Source: Paraphysomonas bandaiensis
Lineage: Eukaryota > Protista > Chrysophyceae
Assembly (NCBI GenBank): GCA_965644295.1
Contig: CBFFRP010000036.1
Span: forward strand, 78,050 to 142,049
DNA length: 64,000 nt
Direction: 5' to 3'
In this document: piece after piece, positions 24,301-34,791 of the stretch
Numbering within the stretch: the stretch's first letter is position 1
Layout of the letters: each line of letters starts with the position of its first letter
The notes under the pieces: generated by a model
Database searches by the model: none
Told to the model about the DNA's origin: nothing
Seen by the model: the letters and a program-made list of their open reading frames with translations, nothing else
Translations under genes and position numbers: made by a program

Positions 24301-24973
24301 ACAGGTTAATTTAATGACCCTTCGAAATGCTGAGAAGAAGCAAGCGTCCGTTTCTTCGTCATCGTTCTCGTCATCTTCGGAAAGCTCGGATTCCAGTGAT
24401 GAGAGTGCTGATATTGATGACATTGGAGTTCTTGAGCCAAATGCCAAGCAGAAATCTATCGCTGTCACTGTGTGGAACAATGAGCTTTTGGATTTTCATA
24501 AAGGTAATGTAAAAGTATCTTCTGACGTGGCAAAAATGCAACAAAAGGACAAAATATTTAGTTTTGCCGACGTCTACAGTTCAAGTGATGAGCCTGATGA
24601 GGATGATATCCCAATGGCGGATGTTGATGACTTAACGCAGTATTCTGACTCTGTTGATGAGTTCGGTGTCCCTTACAGTAGGGATACCTTGACATATAAT
24701 TCGAGAGGTGGTAGTTATTCAACATATAGGTCTAGAGAAAGCTATATGACGCAAAGTGTCAGGGAGGGGCCTTCAGATGCAACTCGATCAACCTACACGG
24801 AGTCTTTACGAGAAACTTATAAAATTCCATCAGTTTCCTCAATGGACAGTGCTACACTCACACGAGGTACAGACGACCAGGATGAGCGCGATTCGACGAG
24901 GAAAACTTTGACGAGAAAGTCTTCTTCAAGAGCTGAAATGTACAGGCAGCCCTCGGAAACATTTGATCTTTAA
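9313..24973 (+). CDS. Giant type I membrane protein (~5203 aa): signal peptide, 5x triple H-lectin-like module, 3x DxFGDGW module, PT mucin stalks, LRR, TM, Ser/acidic tail; exons 9313-9436 and 9486-24973
   Basis: Upstream exon MLLQYLVICVISFANGQTPT... splices via a 49-nt GT..AG intron (phase 1) into the 5176-aa ORF. LRR with C..W.G+.C cap at about 23440-24060. Hydrophobic TM VSFVSAAAALFLLLLLCCCYTFCI followed by RRR. Confidence 0.9.
12613..20075 (+). repeat. Three near-identical ~2.4-2.55-kb intragenic tandem repeats
   Basis: Identical antisense and alternative-frame ORFs recur at 12811/15361/17779 and 14349/16875/19341. Units differ mainly in the copy number of short PT-coding repeats. Confidence 0.95.
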
Positions 24974-25334
24974 ATGATGATAAGTTGTTAACTGAAGTTT
25001 TGATACCAGTATACGTTCGGAGATATCTGTGTCTCTGTAGTAGTAGAATAATTTTATTGCGGAATATATTGACATGATTTCAATATTTGTCACAACACGT
25101 TACTGGGAAATGATTTATGGTAGTGTATGCATTTAACAATGTAATGAAACAATATGAGGTCGTTTATGTCATCAACTATGTAGCTTTATTGAAGATAATA
25201 TTTAGGGACTGCTAGAATCGGACATTAGAATGAGCTTAACCTTACACCCAAACCTTAAACTTGCTTGGTTGACGCTTCGTAGTTGCAAGTAAAAGAATTC
25301 TAATTATTATTCTAAACACTTCAGATGTAGCTAC

Positions 25335-25374
25335 GAGGGCTGCGTAACAATAGTCAATTAATTGACGCAGGCTG
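25335..25374. repeat. hAT TIR fragment (same family as the 49-50 kb element)
   Basis: AGGGCTGCGTAACAAT matches the MITE TIR at 49430, followed by AATTG motifs and a degenerate reverse TIR (ACGCAGGCTG). Confidence 0.6.
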
Positions 25375-25766
25375 TAGTCAAATATAATTGTAATAATTTA
25401 TTGCTGTCTCAATTAATTGCTATTAATTAATACTTAATACTAAACTACATATGCTCAGGCGCTCAGGCACACCAGCGGGGACATAAGATGTAGACCTGCT
25501 TATTGCAGAACAGGCAGGTCAATGAGTATTCTTTATTGTAAGCTCGTGCAGTTTACACCGCAGTTGTAAACATGCATTTATTTCTGACTAGATTTTTTTC
25601 GAGATAGTTGTATAGGAAACAGACAGTAGGAGAAATACTGTGCAGAACTGTCACAGCCTGTTGTCGTTGTATGCTGCAAGACAGCGACAATGATGACGTG
25701 TGATTGCAACTGTACAGTTGCTTTCATATGTTATGTTTCTGTTGTATCTCACTTTCTGTTTATGTT

Positions 25767-26085
25767 TGTTGAGTTCTGCTATATGAGAGCAATTGAAAGC
25801 TGTAGTTATAAGGTATTTAAATTACTGTATTATACAGTTGTAGTCTTGTTAATCGTATTGTGAGAATGAATGACGATAAGCACATAGCGGTAAAACGGAA
25901 TATTGTGACGATGCAAGTTGTAGTGACGATGTAAGATCGTCGTACGAGAAATGAGTGGTAGTGGAGACAACATGATATTGATGAATGATAAGAGACATTG
26001 ATTATAATTTATAATTCTCAGCTTTGAGTATAAGTTACCTTCTGTTGTTAAGTTAATACTTCTCATATAATGTCAAACCTTGACA
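25767..26085 (+). repeat. Copia-B 5' LTR
   Basis: Identical by eye to 30980-31298; the same 78-aa antisense ORF appears in both. Confidence 0.95.
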
Positions 26086-29000
26086 TGGTAGCAGACGGTA
26101 GTTCCGCAAGTAGTTCGGAATGGAAACACCTTCCGAAGTTCGATCAGTTCGGTGTTGTGAACTGGACGAAGCGATTGAGAGTTTGGCTTATGAGAAAGAA
26201 TCGGAACCATCTTGGGTTGGAAGAGCGACCGCATCGACCTGCTGACAATGCGTCCACAGCTGTGAAAAACAAGTATAAGGAAGACCTCGACAAGTGGTTG
26301 GAGAGAAAAGACACCTGCATCAGTTCCATCTTCGAAGCTGTTCAACCTGTTGCGGAGGCGCTTGAGATTGTTGATCAATACTTCCGAGAGAAGGACATGC
26401 TTCCACCTGATGATCCCGATAAGGAGATGTTAGCAAGTGAATTGGTAAATAAATTGGTTATTAGATTTCGTGGGGAAACCCAGTACGAATTGGTGGAACT
26501 GAATAAACAGTTTGCGTCATTTAGAATTCTACAGGGGGAGCTGGTGTGTACAGCCATTGATCGACTGAACGGAATTGTCCAAAAAATGACGGAACTTGGT
26601 GAGCCGCCAACTGACGTATCCAAAAAAACGAAGCTGCAGACTGCGCTGGAAACGAGGAAGGATCTGGAGCAGCTGTACACAAACATCTACCTGAAAGGTG
26701 ATATTTCATTTAATGAGATGATCACCATTTGTAGGCGCTTCGACCAGGCAAAGGGTCTACCACAGGAGTCTTCTGCACCGGAAGTACATTGGAATTCTTC
26801 TGATCAAGAGGTAACATGCTCATACTCTAAATGTGGAAAACGAGGTCACACGCAGAAGAACTGCTGGATGAAGAAGAAAGATCTGAAGATCTCCCAAATG
26901 AAGCGCAATGGTAAAAACAAGCATCGAAGCCAACAAGCAGAATCCAAAAGAAGTAAGTCAAAGAATGGCGCTGATGATGATGGATGTTTTGTGTGTGGCG
27001 TATCTGGACATCGAGCTCATGAATGCAGACATCGAGCTCAAGTTCGAAAAACAAGGAAAGCGGAGGATTCTGTTAACAAAAAACGACTTTTTTCCGAAAA
27101 AAACGGTACGATGGAAAGGCCCATCAAAAAGAGCTCGGACTGGAATCGTTATCTTCAAAGAGACGAGCAAGAGGATGATTCTGTGCACATGTTGTTATAT
27201 GATGAATCGAGTAACTTAGAAGTGAATGTTGCAGATGAGGTGCTGCATACTTCTGAAGACATTGTATTTCTAGACAGCTGCGCGTCGAAACAACTCTTCA
27301 TCATCAAGAACAGTGATATTCTACAGACATTTGTTGCAGACGAAGGAGCCATTCAGACAACCAAAGCGGGATCCAGCTTACGATATACTGGCTCAGGCAA
27401 CTATGGTGACTGGACAAAATTAAAGGTATGCCCCGACTCAGTCAAGAATATTTGTTCGGGAGGGATGCTTCGTACGCTTGGATATGGACTTCAGCTGCTA
27501 GAGACCCCAAAAATAGTGCGATTGGATAATGCAGAAGTTGTTCTTGAAGCTAGGTATTCAGATAATGGAATGCCCTTCGTTGATCTAAAGGACTTGTTGG
27601 AGTTACCTGACTTGACGAGTTTAGCTGCAGAAGTACATCTATCGGATAAAACAAATGAAGACCCTCTGGAATTGCTTCACAAACGATGCGGGCATGTCAG
27701 CAAGCGCAAGCTATTAGAAGCTTTCAAACATCGGTTGTTCACAGGGAGTGGCCTTAACAGATCTCATCTGAGTAAGAAGAGTCTTCAGAAAACCAAGGGT
27801 ATCTGCAAAGCCTGTGCAAAGTCGAAGATTACCAGAATCTCGTTTCCTGGGAAGAGTGATGAAGAGCTACAGGCGACAAGGTTTCTGGAAAAAGTAACTG
27901 TCGATATAGGAGTATATTTCAATTGTCCATCTCGACAGGGATACCGGTATGTATTAGCGTTGACAGATGTGGCCACCAAGGAATGCTGGGAGTTTCCGTT
28001 GAAAACTCGGACCGCAAGTGAGGTGTTGGAGCACATTAGGAATTGGGTCGAGGTTCTTCTTCCCAAGTATCCAGGAGTTCATCGACTATCTGTGTATCAT
28101 GCCGATGGGGGAGCCGAACTCATTGATAAGTCTATTCAGGAGTATCTTCACAGCAAGTTTGGCACCTCAATTACGTGGAGCTCTACGGACTCACCTGAGA
28201 TGAATGGCGTGTCTGAGAGACGTTTTCGAACCGCGGGAGAGATGACTCTTGCAATGCTGTCAGATGCTGGATTCCCAGTTCCATTCTGGTGGGATGCCTA
28301 CGTATATGCATCTGAAATTATTCGCATGATGCCCACTCGGACCTACCGCGGATGGATGTCTCCCATGGAGTGTGTACCTGGAGGTTCTGTTCCGGATTTA
28401 TCCAGTTTACGTCGATGGGGGTGTAAAGCTTATGTGAAGACTCCCAGGGGTGATCGTCGAAAAAATTGGCAAGGCAAATCGCAGATTGGATATTTTTTAG
28501 GTCTCTCCAAAAAGAAGAGGGGATACAGAATATGGCTAGGAGAGTCCGAAGTTGTGTCAATACATGTGTTATTCGACGAAAGCATTCCCCCCAGAGAGAA
28601 GGAGTATTTCGAGGAGCTGGAGGCTGCGTTAGTTAAACATGATCCCCAGGCTCGACAGGTTGAAGAGTTCAACCATTTGATTGGATCTTACCATACCGAT
28701 GAGGGTTTCCTGTTTAGGACTACGAGAGTCGTGGTTCGGAAAGGTTTGATCGTGGCTTATAGAGCCTTAGTAACTGCTGGTAGAGAGCAGTTGGAGGAGA
28801 AGACTCCGATACATATAGCTGATGTAGTGAAACTAACTCAGTCGTATAATTTGCGCAGGTGGCACGAAAATCCTGCGACCCGTGACGATGGGGCAGGTGG
28901 TGAGGAGCGATCGATGCCGGCTGGGGGTGGGACACCCAAACAGTCTACGGCAGATGACTCATCAGGGAGTGAGCAGACTCCATGTGCCTTACCCGAGAGA

Positions 29001-30836
29001 AGCGTGAGCACTTCGTCTAGAGAGACAAGTGTGTGTGTCCCTAGTAGTCAAACTGCTAACCCGCCAGCTGCTATAAGCAAGAGGGTACGAACCCAAAGAG
29101 TGATGACCAACGTGTCTACTCTGGGTGAAATCAACTTCCTGTGTGGGGAAGATGCCGTTAATATGTGTAAGGCAAGTGATGACTCATTGATTACTGACCC
29201 GTCTGATTATAGGGAGCCTGAGTCATACGAAGAGTCTCTTCAGTGTAGTGATGCAGACAAATGGAAGGAGGCGCGCAGATTAGAACGGAATGCACTTTTT
29301 CAGCGTGAAGTGTTTGAAGTAGTAGAAACTCCGCCTGATGCACGACCTCTTAAATCTCGTTACGTATATAAGCGAAAGTACAATAAGGATGGCTCCATCA
29401 AGAAGCATAAAGCACGACTTGTAGCACTTGGGTACGGTCAACAATCTGGCGTCGATGTGGACAACACATTTGCCCCTGTAGTCAAGAGTATATCTGTTCG
29501 GTTGATTCTGGCGTTGGCTCTTGTGTTCAGTATGTTTGTGCATCAACTCGATGTCTCCAGTGCGTTCTGTTATGCCGATATTGAAGGCGACGTTTACATG
29601 AATCCTACTCCAGATTTTCAACTTCCACCTGGACATTGTTTTAAATTGAAGAAATCTCTATATGGACTCCGTAGTTCACCACGATCATGGTGGAAAACCA
29701 TAAACAAGTTCATCAAATCCTTGGGATTTCGACCGTGTGTGTTAGAACCTTGCTTGTATCATGCTGTATATAAAGGTCATAAAGTGTATCTCACCATATA
29801 TGTGGATGACATCGTCATCGCATGTGCTGACCTTAATATTATTACAGAAATAAAAGCTAGATTCTGCGAACGATTCGACATGACGGATATGGGAGCCGTT
29901 GAACATTTCCTGAATGTTCGTGTCACGCGAGGACAGGATTTCATTCAGCTGGATCAGCAGACATATGCGGAGAAAATTCTTCTCAAATTCGCTGATTTCC
30001 TCGGTCCCTCATCAAAAATCCGAAAGTCGCCGCTACCCCTCGATGCAATGGACAGAATTAATCAAGCAGACAGCGATCTCACACCTGAGGAGAAAGAGGG
30101 AGTAGATAATTATCCTTATCGCAGCCTACTGGGTGCCATGTTATATCTATCTATGAATACTCGCCCTGATATTGCATATGCAGTTGGTTTGTTATCTAGA
30201 TATGCATCTAAGCCTACCCGGGCTACATGTTATTTAATGACGTACCTATTGCAGTACGTTAGGGGTACAGTTCGAAAGGGTATTCGGTTCAGTAGTAAGC
30301 ACTTCGACATGCACATCTTTACTGATGCAGACTGGGCTGGCGATGTGGTGTCACGCCGATCTACGACTGGATACATAGTATTTGCCGCCGGTGGACCACT
30401 TATCTGGCAGTCCATTTTACAGGCTACCGTTTCAACGTCATCAATGCAAAGTGAGTATCAGGCTATGTATGCTGGCATGCAAGAACTGGTATGGCTTCGG
30501 GGGGTGTTGGACGAATTAGGACTCCGTCTACGCGAACCCACACCATTTTTCTTGGATAGCCAGAGTGCTCGTGACTTAGCATTGAATCCGGTGTTCCATA
30601 AGCGTTCAAAACACATCGAGATCAAATACCATTGGGTTAGGGAACACGTAGATCCAGATGGCCTCTTTAACACTGCCATATTGTACCACGTTGGAACAGA
30701 TGATCAGACAGCAGACATATTCACGAAATCGTTGTGTGGTGTAACTTTCGAGAAACACAGGAAGAGATGCCTAGGAGAGGATCGAAAATCATCTGTTGAG
30801 GTTATTAGAGAAAAGACGTTCAAACGACGTAAGTGA
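26070..30836 (+). CDS. Copia gag-pol polyprotein
   Basis: Knuckles CSYSKCGKRGHTQKNC and CFVCGVSGHRAHEC, protease FLDSCAS, integrase HKRCGH..CKAC and D-D-E, RT YVDD, RNase H TDADWAG..SEY..KHI..ADIFTK. Start is either 26070 (inside the LTR) or 26085. Confidence 0.95.
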   Translation: MSNLDMVADGSSASSSEWKHLPKFDQFGVVNWTKRLRVWLMRKNRNHLGLEERPHRPADNASTAVKNKYKEDLDKWLERKDTCISSIFEAVQPVAEALEIVDQYFREKDMLPPDDPDKEMLASELVNKLVIRFRGETQYELVELNKQFASFRILQGELVCTAIDRLNGIVQKMTELGEPPTDVSKKTKLQTALETRKDLEQLYTNIYLKGDISFNEMITICRRFDQAKGLPQESSAPEVHWNSSDQEVTCSYSKCGKRGHTQKNCWMKKKDLKISQMKRNGKNKHRSQQAESKRSKSKNGADDDGCFVCGVSGHRAHECRHRAQVRKTRKAEDSVNKKRLFSEKNGTMERPIKKSSDWNRYLQRDEQEDDSVHMLLYDESSNLEVNVADEVLHTSEDIVFLDSCASKQLFIIKNSDILQTFVADEGAIQTTKAGSSLRYTGSGNYGDWTKLKVCPDSVKNICSGGMLRTLGYGLQLLETPKIVRLDNAEVVLEARYSDNGMPFVDLKDLLELPDLTSLAAEVHLSDKTNEDPLELLHKRCGHVSKRKLLEAFKHRLFTGSGLNRSHLSKKSLQKTKGICKACAKSKITRISFPGKSDEELQATRFLEKVTVDIGVYFNCPSRQGYRYVLALTDVATKECWEFPLKTRTASEVLEHIRNWVEVLLPKYPGVHRLSVYHADGGAELIDKSIQEYLHSKFGTSITWSSTDSPEMNGVSERRFRTAGEMTLAMLSDAGFPVPFWWDAYVYASEIIRMMPTRTYRGWMSPMECVPGGSVPDLSSLRRWGCKAYVKTPRGDRRKNWQGKSQIGYFLGLSKKKRGYRIWLGESEVVSIHVLFDESIPPREKEYFEELEAALVKHDPQARQVEEFNHLIGSYHTDEGFLFRTTRVVVRKGLIVAYRALVTAGREQLEEKTPIHIADVVKLTQSYNLRRWHENPATRDDGAGGEERSMPAGGGTPKQSTADDSSGSEQTPCALPERSVSTSSRETSVCVPSSQTANPPAAISKRVRTQRVMTNVSTLGEINFLCGEDAVNMCKASDDSLITDPSDYREPESYEESLQCSDADKWKEARRLERNALFQREVFEVVETPPDARPLKSRYVYKRKYNKDGSIKKHKARLVALGYGQQSGVDVDNTFAPVVKSISVRLILALALVFSMFVHQLDVSSAFCYADIEGDVYMNPTPDFQLPPGHCFKLKKSLYGLRSSPRSWWKTINKFIKSLGFRPCVLEPCLYHAVYKGHKVYLTIYVDDIVIACADLNIITEIKARFCERFDMTDMGAVEHFLNVRVTRGQDFIQLDQQTYAEKILLKFADFLGPSSKIRKSPLPLDAMDRINQADSDLTPEEKEGVDNYPYRSLLGAMLYLSMNTRPDIAYAVGLLSRYASKPTRATCYLMTYLLQYVRGTVRKGIRFSSKHFDMHIFTDADWAGDVVSRRSTTGYIVFAAGGPLIWQSILQATVSTSSMQSEYQAMYAGMQELVWLRGVLDELGLRLREPTPFFLDSQSARDLALNPVFHKRSKHIEIKYHWVREHVDPDGLFNTAILYHVGTDDQTADIFTKSLCGVTFEKHRKRCLGEDRKSSVEVIREKTFKRRK
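26086..26103 (+). promoter_or_regulatory. Primer binding site, initiator tRNA-Met type
   Basis: TGGTAGCAGACGGTAGTT directly after the terminal CA of the LTR. Confidence 0.8.
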
Positions 30837-30979
30837 TCAGTTGACTGTGCTGTGAGACTAGCTGAAATGTCGGAGTCATACGTCCACCTGTTTGTCCTGT
30901 TTGGTTTCGGTGGTTGCGTATCCGTCAGTTATGTCTTGTGATGTGAAGAGTCTATCTACAGCTTTGAATTGAGAGGGAG

Positions 30980-31298
30980 TGTTGAGTTCTGCTATATGAG
31001 AGCAATTGAAAGCTGTAGTTATAAGGTATTTAAATTACTGTATTATACAGTTGTAGTCTTGTTAATCGTATTGTGAGAATGAATGACGATAAGCACATAG
31101 CGGTAAAACGGAATATTGTGACGATGCAAGTTGTAGTGACGATGTAAGATCGTCGTACGAGAAATGAGTGGTAGTGGAGACAACATGATATTGATGAATG
31201 ATAAGAGACATTGATTATAATTTATAATTCTCAGCTTTGAGTATAAGTTACCTTCTGTTGTTAAGTTAATACTTCTCATATAATGTCAAACCTTGACA
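30980..31298 (+). repeat. Copia-B 3' LTR
   Basis: Direct repeat of 25767-26085, followed by TSD ATGTT. Confidence 0.95.
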
Positions 31299-31448
31299 AT
31301 GTTAACATACTTGGGTACTAGCGACCTGTCATGCCATAAGAGTTCAGGAGCATCTGAGCTGTAGTGAAACTGTGAAAACAACTATCTATTTATCATTAGA
31401 CTTATGTAGAACTCTGTGGAGAGATGCTTTAACCAAAGAGTGGTACAA

Positions 31449-31687
31449 GGGACACCAATAAGTGTCACTTGTGTAGACGTCTTTGGGCCCTGACGAATAA
31501 ACAGGCATCCGGAAATGGGACGACCTCAAGGGCATCCGGGACAGGGCCCACCTGAAGGGTAACCGGGGTATTGGGCTGCCTGCTGAAGTCAAGCATCCGG
31601 GATGTTCACCTTAAGAACTCAGAACGGAAGTGGTTGCACCTTGGTGCTTGCGGCGACGCACAAGCAGCTTTCGTAGCGTTAAATAGT
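31449..31687 (+). repeat. Dispersed decayed repeat, copy 1 (probable gag relic)
   Basis: GTGTCACTTGTGTAGAC...GAATAAACAGGCATCC...GTCAAGCAT is shared with 32160-32340 and 59108-59235. It reads CHLCRR.G..RIN (degenerate zinc knuckle) followed by ~27-bp GHPGxGPPx repeats. Confidence 0.65.
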
Positions 31688-32023
31688 AGGATAATGGAGT
31701 TTGTACTGATTAGTTACAGGTAGAGGTCTAACTAGTATGTCTAGCATTCATCTAGCTACTATATCGGTGCAGGTTTTTAACGCCTATTGCTAAATAATAA
31801 GACTTTCAATATATACGTTGCAGTCATGCTACTGAAGTTGACCTCTCACAACATAAACCTTCAAATTCTTCCTAGAGCTAAAATAACAAACTTCTACTAT
31901 ACTTTCACTTCCCCAATTGCACATCAATAACTCCTCGTTCAATGTTGGAATACGTGATGTAGTGTATAATTACATAATTACCGTCTGAAATTACGTAGTG
32001 TATAATGCAGGGCTCTCAATAGA

Positions 32024-32340
32024 GTCGAACTCGCATCATTTCGTGGTTTCTGCTGGGGGATAAGTACCGGAGACATTTCTCCGCCAAACTAACGTGAGCC
32101 GCATATATAGTCAGCAGATAATTTTCTGCCCACTCATAGCTTAGAGTGCTTGTGTGCTTCAAGGGACACTAATTTGTGTCACTTGTGTAGACGTCATTAG
32201 GCCTTGGCGAATAAACAGGCATCCGGGAATGGGCCCACCTCAAGGGCATCCTACTAAAGTCAAGCATTAGGGCTGTTCACCTTAAGGACAGAGAGCGAAA
32301 GTGGTTGCACCTTGGTGCATGTGGTGACGCATTTTGTAGC
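32024..32340 (+). repeat. Dispersed decayed repeat, copy 2
   Basis: Shares ACTCGCATC..TTCGTGGT..CTGGGGGATAAGTAC.GGA.ACATTTCTCC and the downstream block with 58976-59235. Confidence 0.7.
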
Positions 32341-33177
32341 GCCAAGTAGTAGAATATCAGAGCTAAGCACTAGATAGTTAAATTGTTTCGCTACATTAGT
32401 TCTGACTCCTAACTCTTGCACCCCTATTGCTGATAACCAGAGATTCACTGCTATAATTATGCAGTGATAGGGAACAATATACTGATTGGCGGACCGGCCA
32501 AAAATTCTGATAAAGTAGCTCATTATATATTGCAATCAATGTATTATACAGAAAGCTCCTCAACTGTTGGGGGCAAAATATAAGTCAATATATATAAAAT
32601 ATAAGTATCCGGAATTTTTTTTGATTTTATTTTCTAGTTTTTATGTATCGCCAGCTCAAACAGTCTCCCCTGGTATAATGTATGAGCAAGAAATGACAAA
32701 TAACAAATAACTAGATATACAACGATTATTAGAAGTATTATGAAAACTGGCGAGGATGGTAACACTTTACAACAGGGTTATATTTAGAAACTGGCAACCT
32801 GGTTAATGGCGAAAATAGAGAAAAAATTACATCTAAGGTGTAGAATATAATGCATAAAACACGCATTAGACTGTTGCGAGCTCTCGGGAGTCTTTACGAC
32901 ATGAAAATACAAATACGTGCTGCTTATTATTTCACTCTTATCAAGTACTCATTGGCAGAGTTTTTCGAATAATCACTTTATTACAGAACAAGTAGCCCAC
33001 TGAAATGAATAGCATATAACAACGATATATGGACTCGTTATACACAAGAAATTTAGGTGGCTAGCTGCGGTGAAACAGAACAAATAGGATATAAATATAG
33101 CATGGGCGCGCACGATATCATTATCTTGATAAAAATATATACAAAATAATACAATTCATGGTGAGAGTTTCAGTATA

Positions 33178-33732
33178 TTAATAGTACAGCATATATTGCT
33201 CAACAGAACCGCAGCGAGTGCAGTGAAGCCGTGCTACTTCACGGTTTGAGTGAGCCTGCAGACAGGACCACGTTGAAAACATCGAATAACATGTATTCAT
33301 CACACCTGTTGCCGTATAAGACGTGGATTTCCGATATTTTCTGCACTGATCATACACTCCGGACGACCACATCTGAATAGTTCTGAATAAATATAGAGAT
33401 AAAATTATACAATAAACATACCGAAAATTTCGAGCTGCAGCTCGATAAGCTCTTTCTCGGGCATCTAGTCGTAAGTCTTCCCTTTCATTTTGAGATGGGA
33501 ATAGATTATTTGCAGGACAATCTGTTAATGGAGAGCGGCGATTATTATCTCCAAACCCGCATAATGGTGGCAGAATATCAATATCTGGAAAATTATTATC
33601 ATCATCACTGTCATTACTTTCAATAATAACATCACTGTCCCATATATCGGATGGTCTTATGTTCCGTATGTGTCCTGTATGACCATTAGATGGATTGGTT
33701 GTATGTGTTTTAGTTGGTGTTGTGTATGGCAT
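33178..33732 (-). CDS. Hypothetical ~151-aa protein with C-terminal putative zinc ribbon; exons 33732-33422, 33372-33306, 33255-33178
   Basis: Two GT..AG introns (49 and 50 nt) give ...AARNFRCGRPECMISAENIGNPRLIRQQAHSNREVARLHCTRCGSVEQYMLYY* (CxxxxC...CxxC). The exon structure is predicted by eye. Confidence 0.6.
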   Translation of the reverse strand: MPYTTPTKTHTTNPSNGHTGHIRNIRPSDIWDSDVIIESNDSDDDNNFPDIDILPPLCGFGDNNRRSPLTDCPANNLFPSQNEREDLRLDARERAYRAAARNFRYVYCIILSLYLFRTIQMWSSGVYDQCRKYRKSTSYTATGVMNTCYSMFSTWSCLQAHSNREVARLHCTRCGSVEQYMLYY

Positions 33733-34791
33733 TATGAGGGAAGAGTAATCTACAGGAGAGATATATGAGTTAGTGTATAGAGTTATAGTGATGATAGTGT
33801 AGATAGATAGATGGGTACATGAGACGTGTATGGAATGAGCATAGTGACACTGGATGAATAGGCTACTGTATATATGAGAGTTACACTGTGTATGATGAGG
33901 TAAGAGAGAGGGAAGTAGTGGTGAGTTAAGGTAAGTGGAAGAGAATTATTGAAGCATTCCTTATATATGACTGATAGTGTTATGTATGCGGTATGCAGCA
34001 TATGGTGTAGAGATGTACTGTATGTAGAGGGGCCATATGATGTACTGCTGTATACGGTATATATATACAGAGTACATGTATATGGACATCTTCTATATGA
34101 GTGTGTATGGACCAGTCGATGGCATAACGTACACCAGTACACTACGAATAATCATATATACGGCAGAACTCATAGACGACTGTACTGGCTACGAGAAATA
34201 GGTCCCTATGCAAAAAATAGGTACCAGAATTTTATGTATGCATCAGCTGACGGTATACCACAGTGCACCATCGTATGTATATGTGGCATATAGAGAATGT
34301 CTTGATTTTTGGTATTTTTTGAGGGAAGAAAAATATTCAAAAACTAGTACTTTCTGTACAAAAACTAGTATTTATAGCTATATTTCATGTCTAGATTTTT
34401 ATGTTTGTTGAAGTTCGATATTGGATGATGAAAGTTTATTTTTGTGACGTTAGTATTTAGGTTGATGTACTCTCGCCCGTCTTTACGTGCATATTCATAT
34501 GTAGGATAGTCCATATGATAGATCCATATATTGGCAGTACATAGGCAGAGTGTTAAGGTATAGATATCAATGAGCAGAGTGTTAAGGTAACTTATAGATA
34601 TCAGTGACATCAAGTGAAACTACATGACACTTTAAGACTAACCCTTCTCCCCATTATATCGTGTATCAAAGACTGTATATAGAACTCTATCAGTATATAC
34701 ATAAAGACTCAGACATGCTTATATACAGTTACTTCTAGTTACTTTCATACACCATTTACGGATAGAACAAGCAAGTAAAGATATACGCATA

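Larger units (their letters stand above)
25767..31298 (+). mobile_element. Full-length intact Ty1/copia LTR retrotransposon (Copia-B)
   Basis: 319-bp TG...CA LTRs, TSD ATGTT (25762-25766 and 31299-31303), PBS, PPT GAGAGGGAG (30971-30979), intact 1588-aa ORF. Confidence 0.97.

Noticed and set aside
25830-26066. Duplicated 78-aa ORF (also 31043-31279)
   Set aside because: Incidental antisense frame within the Copia-B LTRs.
31486-31520. Hammerhead ribozyme-like CTGACGA...GAAA
   Set aside because: No stem II can form between the motifs, and the core is not kept in the other two repeat copies.
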